A stretch of DNA of 64,000 bases from Candidatus Eiseniibacteriota bacterium (GCA_963823555.1 CAWGMA010000001.1:1440001-1504000); one strand, 5' to 3'. Shown: positions 39,659-50,377, counted from the stretch's first letter. Made by a program: numbers and translations. Notes: generated by a model not told the origin, from the letters alone.

Positions 39659-40933
39659 TCACTCCGGAACGCGCGAGACCGGCACGATCTCGCGCACGCC
39701 GAACGCCAACCCCAGACGGTAGAAGCGCTCGCTTGCTCCGTTTCGCTCGCGGTCACCGCGGAAGCCGAGCTCGAAGGCGACCTGAGCGATGCCTCCACCC
39801 GTGCCGCCGATCGGGAGGCCGGCCCCGACGCTGAAGACGTGGTCCCTGATGTCCTCGCCGTATCCATCGCGGAAGTGCCAGGGGGTCGTGGAGTATCCCG
39901 CGCGCAGCGGCATCCGGCGGCGAAAACCGAACGCTTCCGGGGACCGGTCACCCTGGTACTCGATGCCGATCCCGAAGCGGGTCACGTCTCGGGTCTCGAT
40001 GTTCGTGCGGTGAATCAGGGGATCATCGCCCGTCGTGAGTTCGGTCCCGCCCCACCAGGTGCGCGTCACGTCGGCGGCGACGCGCACCTGATCGGTCAGA
40101 TCGCCACAAACGCCGAGGGCGAGGGATGTGGGCAGATGCAGCTCCGACTCCTGCAGGATCTGCGGATCGTCTACGCTGCCACGGATCTCGGTACGCGTTC
40201 CGACATTGCGGCCGAGCGTCAGGGCACCGCCTGCTCGCAGTCGGCGATGCGGGTTGCCGGCTACCCCGAGGCGCAGGATGAGGCTGCGGTCGATGTTGAC
40301 GACGAGCGAATCGTTGGTGTCGACGAAGTTGGGATCGGCGAACCGAGTCTCGTAGATGTCGGCGTAGGATCCAATCGGCAGATCGAGATCGACTCCGAAA
40401 TCGAGCCGCGGCTGAAGCCGCCGGGCGAACGTGAAGGTCACCATGCTGAGACCATCCTCGCCACGAAAGACCTGCCGGACCAGGGATCCTGTCGATGTAT
40501 CGAGATTGATGAACTCGTAGTCGACGACCGCCCAGGGCTCGACCCCGAAGCCCAGAGTACCTGCTTTCGGCACGTCGACCGCGAGGCGCAGCAAGGGAAA
40601 GGTCGTGGACTTTCCCGTGTAGTCGCCTCCCGAGCGATCGCTGATGCTCCGGCGCTCGCCCATGATCTCCCCGTGCAGGATGAAACCCCGGGTCTGCGCC
40701 AGGATGGCGGGGTTGGCAGGGCTCATGTTCCAGGGATCGGGTACGGCGATCGAGGTACCACCCATACCCCGACCCCGCATATCGGTCGGAGTCACGATCT
40801 CGCCGAGCCCCTGGGCCGAGAACACGGAATCGGCCCTGACGGGTGGCGCCAGGATCAAGACCAGAGCCAGCGTGGCGACCCGCGCCGCGTTCATGTTGCG
40901 TGCCGGGGACCTACCCTTCGCGCCGGCGAGCAT
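39659..40933 (-). CDS. Outer membrane beta-barrel (FadL/PorV-like)
   Basis: SVFSAQGLGE, RGRGMGG, NPA, alternating strands, PLRAGY. Confidence 0.75.
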   Translation of the reverse strand: MLAGAKGRSPARNMNAARVATLALVLILAPPVRADSVFSAQGLGEIVTPTDMRGRGMGGTSIAVPDPWNMSPANPAILAQTRGFILHGEIMGERRSISDRSGGDYTGKSTTFPLLRLAVDVPKAGTLGFGVEPWAVVDYEFINLDTSTGSLVRQVFRGEDGLSMVTFTFARRLQPRLDFGVDLDLPIGSYADIYETRFADPNFVDTNDSLVVNIDRSLILRLGVAGNPHRRLRAGGALTLGRNVGTRTEIRGSVDDPQILQESELHLPTSLALGVCGDLTDQVRVAADVTRTWWGGTELTTGDDPLIHRTNIETRDVTRFGIGIEYQGDRSPEAFGFRRRMPLRAGYSTTPWHFRDGYGEDIRDHVFSVGAGLPIGGTGGGIAQVAFELGFRGDRERNGASERFYRLGLAFGVREIVPVSRVPE

Positions 40934-40967
40934 GGTGGGCTTCTCTCCTTCCACCGTTCTCTGGCTC

Positions 40968-42188
40968 CTAGAACCGCACTCGCGGCGGGAGGCTGTAGGT
41001 GATGTCGAGCTCCGGCCATCCACCTGCCGCCTCGCGGGTGCGGAACCCCAGGCGAACCAGGGACGGATAGTCCTGTTCCACCTTGAGGAGGACACCCTTC
41101 TCGACATTCGCGCGCAGAGCGGCCAGCTCGAGGGTGATGGTGCTGTCGGTCGCCGCATTCACCGTGACTCGCGTGAAGGGTACCGTGGCGAACCCGACCA
41201 CGGGGAGCGGGTCCAGGTTCTCGCCCGGCAGGCTGGCGATCTCGTGAGCGCCGATCGTCACACTCGGACTGGCCTGTCCCACGGCGACCTGTGCCGGGTC
41301 GATGCGCAGAGTGAGCCGGAGACGATTCAACGTCGCGAGCGAGTTGAGGGAATCGAGATTGAAGCGGACGACCGCGCGAAAGTCGTTGGCTCCCCCCAGC
41401 AGCGCATGGCTCTCGCTTCCGGTGCCGCCTTCGACCTCGGGGCTCAGGCTGTAGAGCGTGGCGTGCTCTCGTACGGCGAGGCGCAGCGTGTCGAGCTCCC
41501 CATCGATCGAGTAGCGCACCTCGATGGCGGGCTCCTCGAGGGTTGAGGCATCGCCCAGCGTGCCGATGACGGTGCGCACGGCACGGAAGCGTTTGAAACT
41601 GCCGGTGCCGCGGGCCACGAGCGCGATCCCGTAGTTGGAATCGGGTCGAGCAACCCAGCTCTGCAGGAGACTCGCCGGGAGGGGCGCCGTGAAGCGAACG
41701 TTCGGCGTATCGCACACCCCGACGGTGAAGATGGAGGCCGGCGACAGCGGCTCATGGCTGTCGAAGGGCCAGCCCTGGCCGCTGTTCGTGAACCAGCTGG
41801 CGGCGGTCACGCCCTGGACCTCGAGGTCCTGATCCAGCGTGTTGCCATAGTCGCCGCCGGCATCGGCGTTCAAGATCAAGGAAGCGCCGGTCACCTGGGC
41901 GGCCGGCGGGATCTCGAGGACGGGAAAGCGCAGGAAGGCCTTTGCCTCGACGCTTGCGCTCGCTTCAGACTGCAGCCCGGCCCACACCACGTTGCCGGTG
42001 CTGCGTGTGGTCTGAAAGAAGGTGTCGAGATCGGAGGTCGGCAGGATGGTCGATCGAATCTGCGTCGAGTCGAGGATGCCCGGGGCCAGATCGAAACCAG
42101 AGATGGGATCGGAGTCCTCGGAACAAGCCAGGGCCCAGCCCAGAAGAACGAGCAAGACCACAAGAACGCAACGGGTCGAGTTCACCAA
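40968..42188 (-). CDS. Lipoprotein of unknown function
   Basis: Lipobox ALAC; WVARPDSNYGI and PELDITY (DNRLRE/DUF4270-like beta domains). Confidence 0.7.
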   Translation of the reverse strand: MVNSTRCVLVVLLVLLGWALACSEDSDPISGFDLAPGILDSTQIRSTILPTSDLDTFFQTTRSTGNVVWAGLQSEASASVEAKAFLRFPVLEIPPAAQVTGASLILNADAGGDYGNTLDQDLEVQGVTAASWFTNSGQGWPFDSHEPLSPASIFTVGVCDTPNVRFTAPLPASLLQSWVARPDSNYGIALVARGTGSFKRFRAVRTVIGTLGDASTLEEPAIEVRYSIDGELDTLRLAVREHATLYSLSPEVEGGTGSESHALLGGANDFRAVVRFNLDSLNSLATLNRLRLTLRIDPAQVAVGQASPSVTIGAHEIASLPGENLDPLPVVGFATVPFTRVTVNAATDSTITLELAALRANVEKGVLLKVEQDYPSLVRLGFRTREAAGGWPELDITYSLPPRVRF

Positions 42189-42331
42189 GCGCGCACCTCA
42201 TCCGGCCGGCGACCCCACCCTCCCTGGTGGTCCGTGCCGCAGGGCTCAAATGCTTAGCACGCTGGCACTTGGGGGTCAAGAACGGAGCGCGCCCGGCTGC
42301 CGCCGAGCGTGGCGCACCGCCAGGCCCTGAA

Positions 42332-44323
42332 CTATCGTACCCGGGCCGTATAGATGTTCGTGAAGACGGTCTCGCCGTCGGTGCTCGCCGTCGAGAAGTA
42401 GTAGCGGATGCCGGACCCCGCTTCGGTGGGCAGCGGGACGCCGACCGCAAAGGTCCCGGGAGCCCCCGGGATGGCCGCCATGGCCAGATCGGACCAGCGT
42501 CCCCCGATCTCGACGTGGAGGTGGACCGGCTGACCGGAGGGTGCGTCCAGGCCACGCCGGACCACGGTGAAGATGGGAGCGTCGCCGGCCTCGAGGCGCG
42601 TGAGGGGAGCGTGCTCGAGGGTGACCGCCGGGAGCTTGTCGAGATTCACGTTCAGGATGAGGCGATCGCCCTGGCGTACATCGAGGATGCGGTGGATGGT
42701 CGGGCCGGCGGCGGGACGGATCGCGATCGCATGCACGCCGGGATCGAGATCGATGTCGAGAGGGGTCTCCCCCTGCTCCACACCATCCACGACCACGGGC
42801 AGACCTTCCTTGAGCACGGTTCCGCGGTGATTGATTGAGCTCGCCTGGACCGTGACCAGGGTCACGTCCTCTATGGGCTCGACGCGCGCCACGACCTGGC
42901 TCGCTTCACCGGGGCGGACGGCAACCTCCTCTTCCCAGCTGTATCCGGCGGCACCAAGGAAGCGGACACGGTGGCGTCCGGGCGAGATTCCATCGAGCGC
43001 TGCGGGCGCCACGCCCAGTTCCTTGTCGTCGACGAAGACCCGGATCTCCGGGAGAAATGGTTCCGTTCGCGCGTTGATCGATCCCATCACGGGCGCCGCC
43101 GTGCCCTCGGCTCCCGATTCGCTGCCTGCCCTGGCAAATGAATTCGCTTCCGGGAGCGGGACGGCGCCCGCGAGCGGTTCTTCCCCGGCAAGGCGTACCG
43201 TTCCGGTGAGCGGAACCGTCCCGGCAAGCGGGGCCGCCGCTCTCACGACCTGTTTCGCGGGCGGGTGCTCGACTTGGCGGTTCGCAGAGGCCATCCGTCC
43301 CAGCTGGGCCACCAGCATCACGAGGCCGGCCACAATCACCACGACCCCGATGAGGCGCGGGGCCTGGCGCCGCCACCCCGGCCCGGAAGAAGTTGGCAGC
43401 GCCGGCCCATCCCCGGACTCGGGCTCGCTGGCAGCGAAGTCGGGTGTGGTTGGCGCGAGCCAGGACGGAAGCTCCCCATGGGGCGAGCCGTCGCGGCTGT
43501 CCGCCACGGGCATGGCGCCGCGTGCGCCTCCCGTGGCGCTGCCCCGGATCTCCACGCGCGCGTCCAGTTCGGAGTCTGGTGCCTCGAGCGCGGTATCGTC
43601 CGGCTCGGGAATGAGAACCGCCTGCAGGATCTCCACGTAAAGCGCTGCACACGGAGAACGCCAGCTCTCCTGGCGGAGCTCGCTTCCCGTCTCCGCCCAG
43701 GCCACCGCCTGCTCGAGTGTGAGCGTGGCCTGCTGCATCAGGTTGCCGGGCGCTTCCGCCTCGAAGCCCCCAGGAACGGCAACCAGCAGATCTCCCGGGT
43801 AGAGGGACTCGCTCGTCACCTCGATCAGCACGCGGGGCGACTCGCCAAGGGCAGGACGGACGCGGGGACTCAGGGGAGCCACCAGCTCGACGTCGCCGCG
43901 GCGGCGCCTGAGGCATCCCACCCCTCCGGCCGCGATCACGTGCAGGCGACCGTGTCGGGCGATCGCGATGAGGGCTTCCAGCCCCTGCCCCGTGGCGGCA
44001 TCGGTTGCCTGCCGCACCTCGTGATGAACGGCGCGGAGGAAGGAGACCAGCGTCCGGACGACCGGGGGAGCACCTCCCTCGGCAGCCGGGATGGCGGCGT
44101 CAGGATCGCTCAGGGCATCCTCGATGGCGCCGTGAAGGGCCGCCGCGAGCGGCGCCGAGCGACCACGGCCACGAGCGAGGAGCAGGAACCCATGCTCGGC
44201 GTTCGCCGAGGCATGCCACCCATCGGCGGAGCTGGCAGCCACCCGGAGCGTGATCGGCCACGCCGCCGGCGGCGTCGTCTCCAGCGGTGAGGAAGTCCGC
44301 TTCATCTCGGGATCGGTGGGCAT
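42332..44323 (-). CDS. Bitopic protein: degenerate PP2C-like N-terminus, TM, two PEGA domains
   Basis: ALGESP...LYPGDLLV; TM; VFVDDKELGVAP..PGRH, VVVDGVEQGETP..PGVH. Confidence 0.7.
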   Translation of the reverse strand: MPTDPEMKRTSSPLETTPPAAWPITLRVAASSADGWHASANAEHGFLLLARGRGRSAPLAAALHGAIEDALSDPDAAIPAAEGGAPPVVRTLVSFLRAVHHEVRQATDAATGQGLEALIAIARHGRLHVIAAGGVGCLRRRRGDVELVAPLSPRVRPALGESPRVLIEVTSESLYPGDLLVAVPGGFEAEAPGNLMQQATLTLEQAVAWAETGSELRQESWRSPCAALYVEILQAVLIPEPDDTALEAPDSELDARVEIRGSATGGARGAMPVADSRDGSPHGELPSWLAPTTPDFAASEPESGDGPALPTSSGPGWRRQAPRLIGVVVIVAGLVMLVAQLGRMASANRQVEHPPAKQVVRAAAPLAGTVPLTGTVRLAGEEPLAGAVPLPEANSFARAGSESGAEGTAAPVMGSINARTEPFLPEIRVFVDDKELGVAPAALDGISPGRHRVRFLGAAGYSWEEEVAVRPGEASQVVARVEPIEDVTLVTVQASSINHRGTVLKEGLPVVVDGVEQGETPLDIDLDPGVHAIAIRPAAGPTIHRILDVRQGDRLILNVNLDKLPAVTLEHAPLTRLEAGDAPIFTVVRRGLDAPSGQPVHLHVEIGGRWSDLAMAAIPGAPGTFAVGVPLPTEAGSGIRYYFSTASTDGETVFTNIYTARVR

Positions 44324-44367
44324 CGCTTGTCAGAATCCTTTCTTGGCGTTACCGGCTTTCCTTCGAT

Positions 44368-45816
44368 TCAAGCTGCGAGATCGTTCTCACCCTCGGCGCC
44401 GGGATCGGCATCCGTCCTGGGCGTCGGAGGAGCATCCCCCTCCGGCTGCTGCCGGGCACGGCGTAGATCGTTGTGAAACAGTGCCAGGCGATCGCTGAGG
44501 TTCGCCTCCTCCGCATAGTGGAAGAAGCGCCGCCAGGCGGCATAGGCGCGCGTGCGCTGGCCGCGTTCCTGGAAGATCCGACCCAGGTGATAGTGAATCG
44601 GGGCATACCGTGGATTCAGCTGTGCCCCTCGACGCAGGGCATCGATGGCGCGTTCCTTGTTACCCAGGTGCAGATGAATGAGGGCCATGGAGAGATAGAT
44701 GTCCGCCGACTTGAGCCCGATGGCGATCGCCCGTTCGTACTGCCCCAGGGCTTCCTCTTCGCGGTGCGTGCGTGTGTAGAGAAGAGCGAGGCTGGCTCGG
44801 GCCAGCGCGAACTTGGGGTTGAGCTCGATGGCCTTGAGGAAGCTCGCCTCGGCCGCTGCGGGTTCCTGGCTCTCGGCATAGAGGAGTCCAAGCTGGTAGT
44901 GGAGGTCGGGATAGTCCGGCGCGATGCGGGCCCCGGCGCTGAACTGCACGATCGCATCGGCCGTGCGTCCGAGTGCTGCAAGCTCGTAGCCAAGATCGAT
45001 GCGCGCTCGGACGTGATCCGGGTCGATGGCCAGGGCATGGCCGAACTCCGCCGCCGCCCCCGCCTCATCCCCTTCGATACCGAGCAATCGCCCCATCTGG
45101 ACATGGTAGGAAGCCAGGTCGAAATCCGCGGCCAGCGCCCTGGCGAATTCGCTCTCCGCCTTGCGCCGGGTTCCGAACGCGGCATACGTGAGTCCGAGGT
45201 AGAGGTGGATCTCGGCGAGGTTGTAATTGGATTCACGCTCATCGAGGAAACGGCGCACGGCCTCCGGCGTGAGCGCCCCATCGACATCCAGACGGAGGCG
45301 TAGCAGGAGATCATGGAGCTTTGGACTCAGAGCGGACAGGCGGTCGCGCAACGCTGCCGCCTCGTTCGTGCGACCCGACAACCCCAGGAGCAGCATCCGC
45401 TCCCGGTCGGCGAGCTGGCGGTAGCGACCTTCGGGCTTGACGCGGTCGAATGCGGCAAGTGCCCCGTCGGCGTCACCGGTGCGGCCGAGCGCCAGGGCGA
45501 CGTCGAGAGCCGCCCCCGCATGCTCGTTGGGATGGGCGGGCTGAGGGTCACGGGCCAGTACCGCCTGCCAGTGGGTCAGGGCTGCCTCCAGTCCCTTCAC
45601 CCGCTCGATCGCGTAGCCCAGGGCGGACTGGGCGGCGGTGTAGCGGGGATTGAGCGCCAGGGCACGCTCGTGGCGTTCGATGGCGTGTTCAGGATCGCCG
45701 GCGAGATAGAACAGCAGGCCAAGACGATGCTGCGCGTCGGCGTACTCGGGGTGCTCGGCCGCCTGGGCCGTCAAGGTCTCGAGCGCCTCTTCGTAGGCAT
45801 CGATGAAGAGGTCCAT
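44368..45816 (-). CDS. TPR repeat protein
   Basis: Many TPRs (PEYADAQHRLG, PDYPDLHYQLG, PRYAPIHYHLG); alternative start 45867. Confidence 0.88.
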   Translation of the reverse strand: MDLFIDAYEEALETLTAQAAEHPEYADAQHRLGLLFYLAGDPEHAIERHERALALNPRYTAAQSALGYAIERVKGLEAALTHWQAVLARDPQPAHPNEHAGAALDVALALGRTGDADGALAAFDRVKPEGRYRQLADRERMLLLGLSGRTNEAAALRDRLSALSPKLHDLLLRLRLDVDGALTPEAVRRFLDERESNYNLAEIHLYLGLTYAAFGTRRKAESEFARALAADFDLASYHVQMGRLLGIEGDEAGAAAEFGHALAIDPDHVRARIDLGYELAALGRTADAIVQFSAGARIAPDYPDLHYQLGLLYAESQEPAAAEASFLKAIELNPKFALARASLALLYTRTHREEEALGQYERAIAIGLKSADIYLSMALIHLHLGNKERAIDALRRGAQLNPRYAPIHYHLGRIFQERGQRTRAYAAWRRFFHYAEEANLSDRLALFHNDLRRARQQPEGDAPPTPRTDADPGAEGENDLAA

Positions 45817-45824
45817 ACGGGGTC

Positions 45825-46145
45825 TTACGGCGTGCTCTTCGTCGTGGGCGTGGTCGTGCGTTCCCAATGTTCCCCTCGCAGCTCGAAGCCGTCGATCTCG
45901 AGCACCAGGTCCTTCACCCCTTCGATGGCGCGCAGATCGCGGTCGAGAAGGTGAAGGAGCTTGAGTTCATCGTCGGGGCCCTCGACCCCGGCGGCGGTCG
46001 GAAAGAGCGGATTTCGTTTGAGCGCGCCGCGCAGGTAGATGACCCCGTTGACACTGCCGAAGCTCAAGCCACGAAGGTCGATCCAGCGGCGCAAGAGGAC
46101 ACTGCGAGTTCGATTGTTGATCACGTGATCGCGTGCTTCAGGCAT
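45825..46145 (-). CDS. Hypothetical protein, weakly BON-like
   Basis: GGAG RBS; SVNGVIYLRG...IEGVKDL resembles BON strands. Confidence 0.65.
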   Translation of the reverse strand: MPEARDHVINNRTRSVLLRRWIDLRGLSFGSVNGVIYLRGALKRNPLFPTAAGVEGPDDELKLLHLLDRDLRAIEGVKDLVLEIDGFELRGEHWERTTTPTTKSTP

Positions 46146-46199
46146 GCGCTCCCTCCGCCTCCAGGACGGGATTCAGGCGTCCTGGTGTCTCGTTCCGGG

Positions 46200-46227
46200 T
46201 TATCGGCGGCGGAGGACCGGGGCTTGA
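46200..46227 (-). promoter_or_regulatory. Sigma-28 (FliA/WhiG)-like promoter
   Basis: TCAAG-N15-GCCGATAA. Confidence 0.6.
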
Positions 46228-46332
46228 GCCGCCCGGGTCAAGGCGGGTGGGAGCCGGCGGGGTGGTGGACAGGGTCAGCGAGCCGCCAGGGGGCGGGCGC
46301 GGGCGAGTCGTTACGGACGATGCGCGTGGGAG

Positions 46333-47613
46333 TTAGTGGCCTTCCTCACCCGGGGCCTCGATGACCTCGCCGGAAGCCACGAAGCGGGAGGAGAACTGCT
46401 GCTCCACGGCGTTCGAGCCGATGCGGACGTTGCGGCCGATGCCCGCGCCATCGGGGATCCGGGCGTGCTTGCCGATGACGCTCAGGCCCGAGGACAGGTG
46501 CTCCGGGCAACCCCGGTTCGGGACGAGGAGATCTCCCTCTCCAACCCTGGCTTCGCGCCCGACATGCACGTTCTTGTCGATGATCACGCGATCGACATGG
46601 GCATTGGGTCCGATCCAGCTGTCATTGAAGATGATCGAGCGCTCGACCACGGCTCCCCGCTCGACCACGACGCCCGGTGACAGCACCGAGTCGCGCACCT
46701 CACCGTAGATGATGCATCCGTTCGAGAGAAGGCTGCGTTCGGCAGAACCGGACCCCACGAAACGGACGGGTGGGTAGTAGACGTCGCGGGTGTGGACCCG
46801 CCAATCGGGGTTCGCGAGGTTGAGAGCGGGCTCATCTGCGGTCAGATCCAGGTTGGCCTCATAGTAGGTGTCGAGCGTCCCAATGTCCTGCCAGTATCCA
46901 CGGAACGGAAAGGCATAGACACGGCAGCGTTCGAGCATGGACGGCAGCACACTCCGGCCGAAATCGTGCTTTGAGTCCTTGATGGTCGCATCCCGTTCGA
47001 GCTCACGGGCGAGCACGGAAGAACGGAAAATGTACACACCCATCGAGGCGGTGTTGATCGGCGGGCGCGAGTGCGGCTTCTCGATGAAGTTGCATACCCG
47101 TCCATCCGATTCCGTCTCGACGATGCCGAACTGCGAAGTCAGCTCCCACCTCACGGGGAGCACACCCATCGTGACGTCCGCCCGGTGATCGCGATGGAAC
47201 TCGAACATCTCCGTATAGTCCATCTCGTAGACATGATCGCCGGACAGGATGAGAACGTCCTCGACATTTCGTCGCTTGATCTCGCCCAGGTTCTGGTAGA
47301 CGGCGTCGGCGGTGCCGGCATACCAGTCGCTGGCCCGCCAGCTCAGATGAGGCTGCAAGAGCTGGATTCCGCCGTGCCGGCGGTCGAGGTCCCACGGTTT
47401 ACCGATGCCGATGTGCTCGTTCAGCGACTGCGGCTTGTACTGGGTGAGGATACTGACATCGACGATGCCGGAATTGACGCAGTTGGAGATCGTGAAGTCG
47501 ATGATGCGATACTTGCCGGCAAAGGGAACGGCGGGCTTGGCTCGCTTGTCGGAGAGCACGCATAGACGGCTACCGATCCCCCCGGCCATGATCACGGCAT
47601 AGCGAAGCGGCAT
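46333..47613 (-). CDS. glgC: ADP-glucose pyrophosphorylase
   Basis: AGGIGSRL...[39 protein letters not shown]. Confidence 0.95.
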   Translation of the reverse strand: MPLRYAVIMAGGIGSRLCVLSDKRAKPAVPFAGKYRIIDFTISNCVNSGIVDVSILTQYKPQSLNEHIGIGKPWDLDRRHGGIQLLQPHLSWRASDWYAGTADAVYQNLGEIKRRNVEDVLILSGDHVYEMDYTEMFEFHRDHRADVTMGVLPVRWELTSQFGIVETESDGRVCNFIEKPHSRPPINTASMGVYIFRSSVLARELERDATIKDSKHDFGRSVLPSMLERCRVYAFPFRGYWQDIGTLDTYYEANLDLTADEPALNLANPDWRVHTRDVYYPPVRFVGSGSAERSLLSNGCIIYGEVRDSVLSPGVVVERGAVVERSIIFNDSWIGPNAHVDRVIIDKNVHVGREARVGEGDLLVPNRGCPEHLSSGLSVIGKHARIPDGAGIGRNVRIGSNAVEQQFSSRFVASGEVIEAPGEEGH

Positions 47614-47619
47614 CGTGCC

Positions 47620-48906
47620 TTACTCCCGCCCTATGCTTCCCGCCAGCGGACCCGGCGTGGACGCACCCGCCGCGATCCGGCTGCCCGCCGGCAGGTCGAG
47701 GGACGCGAAATCGTCCGGTGCGGCGCTGACCTCGACGACAGAGCGGCGGCCGATACGCGCCGCGGGTGGGATCACCGCCATCTTGCCGACGACGATCACG
47801 CTCGAGCCAAGGGCTTCGGGCGGCTCCTGGATGGCCTCGCCGTGTCCCACGACGGCCCCCGCGCCCACCTGAACCCGCTTGTCGAGAATGGCCAGATCGA
47901 CGCGGGCGCCACGCTGGATGATGGTGTCCTGGAATACGATGGAGCTCTGAACCAGCGCTCCCTCCTCGACGATGGCTCCCGGAAAGAGGATCGAGTCCAC
48001 GACACGGCCGCGAACGACCGCTCCGTTGGCGACGAGCGATCGGGTCACCTCGGCGCCCCTGGTCAGCTTCACCGGCGGCCGCTCTTCGGAGGGCGTGTAG
48101 ATGCGCCAGTCGGGGTCGGCCAGCACCAGCCGCGGGCGAGTCCCCAGGAGCTCCATGTTGGCCCGGAAATAGGAGTCGATGGTGCCGACATCATCCCAGT
48201 AGCCATCGAAGACGTAGGTGTTGACCGGCCACCCTTCCCGCACCAGCGGCAGGATCAAGTCGAGGACCAGGTCCTTTGCTTCTCCACCCGGGCCGAGGCG
48301 CTCGTAGAGCAGTCGCGTATCCAGCACGTAGATGCCGAGATTGGCGATGGAGCTATGGGGCTGGGTCGGTTTCTCCTCGACCTCGAGAATCCGCCCCTGG
48401 CCATCCAGGCTGACGATGCCAAAGCGGCTGCGGTCCCAATCCGGCACCTGTTTCACCACCATCGTGGCGCGGCAGCCGGATTCCCGATGCAGTCGGAGCA
48501 GCTCGGCATAGTCCATCTTGTAGACCTGGTCGCCGGAGCACACGATCACCCATCGAGCCGCCCAGTTCTCGAGCACGTTCAAGTTCTGGGCAATGGCATC
48601 CGCCGTCCCTTGATACCAGATCGATTCCAGCCGACGTCCGTACGGCTGCAGGAGCTTGATGCCCAGATCGCGGCGATCGAGATCCCAGGTGGCGCCGGTT
48701 GCGATGTGCTCGTTGAGGGATACCGGCGCATACTGGGTCAGCACGGCGACGCGGGTGATATCGGAATTGGAGCAATTGGAGAGACAGAAGTCGATCACAC
48801 GGTACTTGCCGCCAAAGGGCATGGCCGAAGCCGGACGGTGGCTGGTGAGCACACCGAGCCCGGTGCCCTGTCCGCCGGCGAGAATCATGCTCACGACCTG
48901 CCGCAA
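47620..48906 (-). CDS. Second ADP-glucose pyrophosphorylase paralogue (GlgD-like)
   Basis: Same fold, but GGQGTGL and RPASAMP replace GxGxRL and RAKPAVP. Confidence 0.85.
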   Translation of the reverse strand: MRQVVSMILAGGQGTGLGVLTSHRPASAMPFGGKYRVIDFCLSNCSNSDITRVAVLTQYAPVSLNEHIATGATWDLDRRDLGIKLLQPYGRRLESIWYQGTADAIAQNLNVLENWAARWVIVCSGDQVYKMDYAELLRLHRESGCRATMVVKQVPDWDRSRFGIVSLDGQGRILEVEEKPTQPHSSIANLGIYVLDTRLLYERLGPGGEAKDLVLDLILPLVREGWPVNTYVFDGYWDDVGTIDSYFRANMELLGTRPRLVLADPDWRIYTPSEERPPVKLTRGAEVTRSLVANGAVVRGRVVDSILFPGAIVEEGALVQSSIVFQDTIIQRGARVDLAILDKRVQVGAGAVVGHGEAIQEPPEALGSSVIVVGKMAVIPPAARIGRRSVVEVSAAPDDFASLDLPAGSRIAAGASTPGPLAGSIGRE

Positions 48907-48942
48907 GGCGATTCCTCCTGGATTCAGGCCAAGCCCGAGTCC

Positions 48943-49572
48943 CTAGCTTGCTCGTTCCAGCTCCTGCACCAGCTCTCTCACTGCAGCCTGCATGTTGTCG
49001 GCCCGTGCCACCGCCCCGATCACCGCGACCCCGGCCGCTCCCTGCCGGAGGACATCGCCCACGGTCGCCGGCTCGATACCCCCGATGGCAAAGACCGGAA
49101 CCGCACTCGCCGCACACGCCAGAGCGAGCCCGGCGAGCCCTCTGGGCGGGATCCCGGGCTTGGACGGCGTGGCGAAGACGTGGCCGAAGAGAACCCAGTC
49201 CGCTCCCCCATCCGACGCCCGGCGCGCCCCTGCCGCGTCATGAATCGACCGTCCGATCGCGAGCCGCGTGCCAGCCAGCTCTCGCACGCGATCGGGCGGC
49301 AGCGAGCATTCCCCGAGCTGTACCCCGAAAGCCCCCGCGGCGAGGGCGACATCCACGCGATCGTTGACCACGACGCGGAGCGCCCCGGCTGTGAGCTCTC
49401 GCACCAGATGGGCCAGTCGGCCGCCGCCGAGGCTCGGCTCCCGGATTTGAAATCCCCAGGCTCCGCCCTCTGCCGCGGCCCGTCCCAGCGCCGCGATCCG
49501 GGCCTCGTCCCCGGTGCCATCGCTCACGACCATGAGGGCGGGGCGATCCAGGCCAAGCTCGGTGCGCCTCAT
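48943..49572 (-). CDS. thiE: Thiamine phosphate synthase (ThiE/TenI family)
   Basis: QIRE, VNDRVDVALA, GRSIH, FATPSKP, AIGGI. Confidence 0.88.
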   Translation of the reverse strand: MRRTELGLDRPALMVVSDGTGDEARIAALGRAAAEGGAWGFQIREPSLGGGRLAHLVRELTAGALRVVVNDRVDVALAAGAFGVQLGECSLPPDRVRELAGTRLAIGRSIHDAAGARRASDGGADWVLFGHVFATPSKPGIPPRGLAGLALACAASAVPVFAIGGIEPATVGDVLRQGAAGVAVIGAVARADNMQAAVRELVQELERAS

Positions 49573-49576
49573 CCGG

Positions 49577-50377
49577 TCAGGCTCGGGGCGCTCCGGCCCC
49601 GATCGCGCTCCCGAGTCCGGCTCCGGGACTCGAGGTCGCGGCGTAGCGACGGCGCTCCATGCGCCCCGCCAGGAATGCCATGCGCCCCGCTTCGACGGCC
49701 AGCCGCATGGCCTGGCCCATGGCCACCGGGTCGTGGGCCAGGGCGATCCCGGAGTTCATGAGGATGCCATCGACCCCCAGCTCCATGGCGACCGCCGCGT
49801 CGGATGCCGTGCCCACTCCCGCGTCCACGATCACCGGGACCCTGACCGCCTCTCGGATGAGCTGGATGTTGAGCGGGTTCAGGATCCCCATCCCCGATCC
49901 AATCGGCGAGGCGAGCGGCATCACACAGGCGGCGCCGGCATCGACCAGGCGTCGCGCCATGATCGGGTCGTCGTTGGTGTACGGAAGCACGGTATAGCCC
50001 TCGCTCGCGAGGGTCTCGGTGGCACGCAGGAGATCGACGACATCGGGGAGCAGCGTCTCCTTGCTCCCCAGCACCTCGAGTTTGATGAGGTCGCCCATTC
50101 CCGCCTCGCGCGCCAGGTGGGCGATGCGGATCGCATCCTTCGCCGAGTAGGCCCCGGCTGTGTTGGGCAGGATGGTGTAGCGCTTCCAGTCGAGGTCGTC
50201 GAGGACGTTGCCAGCGCCGCGCTTGGTGAGATCAACGCGACCGATGGCGACCGTGATCATCTCGGCGCCCGAGGCGTCGATCGCCGCCCGCATCACGTCG
50301 GCGTTCGGGTACTTGCCGGTACCGACAATGAGGCGCGAGCGAAAACGCTGCTTACCGATGGTCCATTCTTGAGACAT
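49577..50377 (-). CDS. thiG: Thiazole synthase
   Basis: SRLIVGTGKY, LPNTAG, IKLEV, MPLASPIGSG, DAGVG. Confidence 0.96.
   Translation of the reverse strand: MSQEWTIGKQRFRSRLIVGTGKYPNADVMRAAIDASGAEMITVAIGRVDLTKRGAGNVLDDLDWKRYTILPNTAGAYSAKDAIRIAHLAREAGMGDLIKLEVLGSKETLLPDVVDLLRATETLASEGYTVLPYTNDDPIMARRLVDAGAACVMPLASPIGSGMGILNPLNIQLIREAVRVPVIVDAGVGTASDAAVAMELGVDGILMNSGIALAHDPVAMGQAMRLAVEAGRMAFLAGRMERRRYAATSSPGAGLGSAIGAGAPRA

Noticed and set aside
43155..43245. Short tandem repeat
   Set aside because: Degenerate 18-bp coding repeat (PLAG linker) in the PEGA protein, not a CRISPR array or mobile repeat
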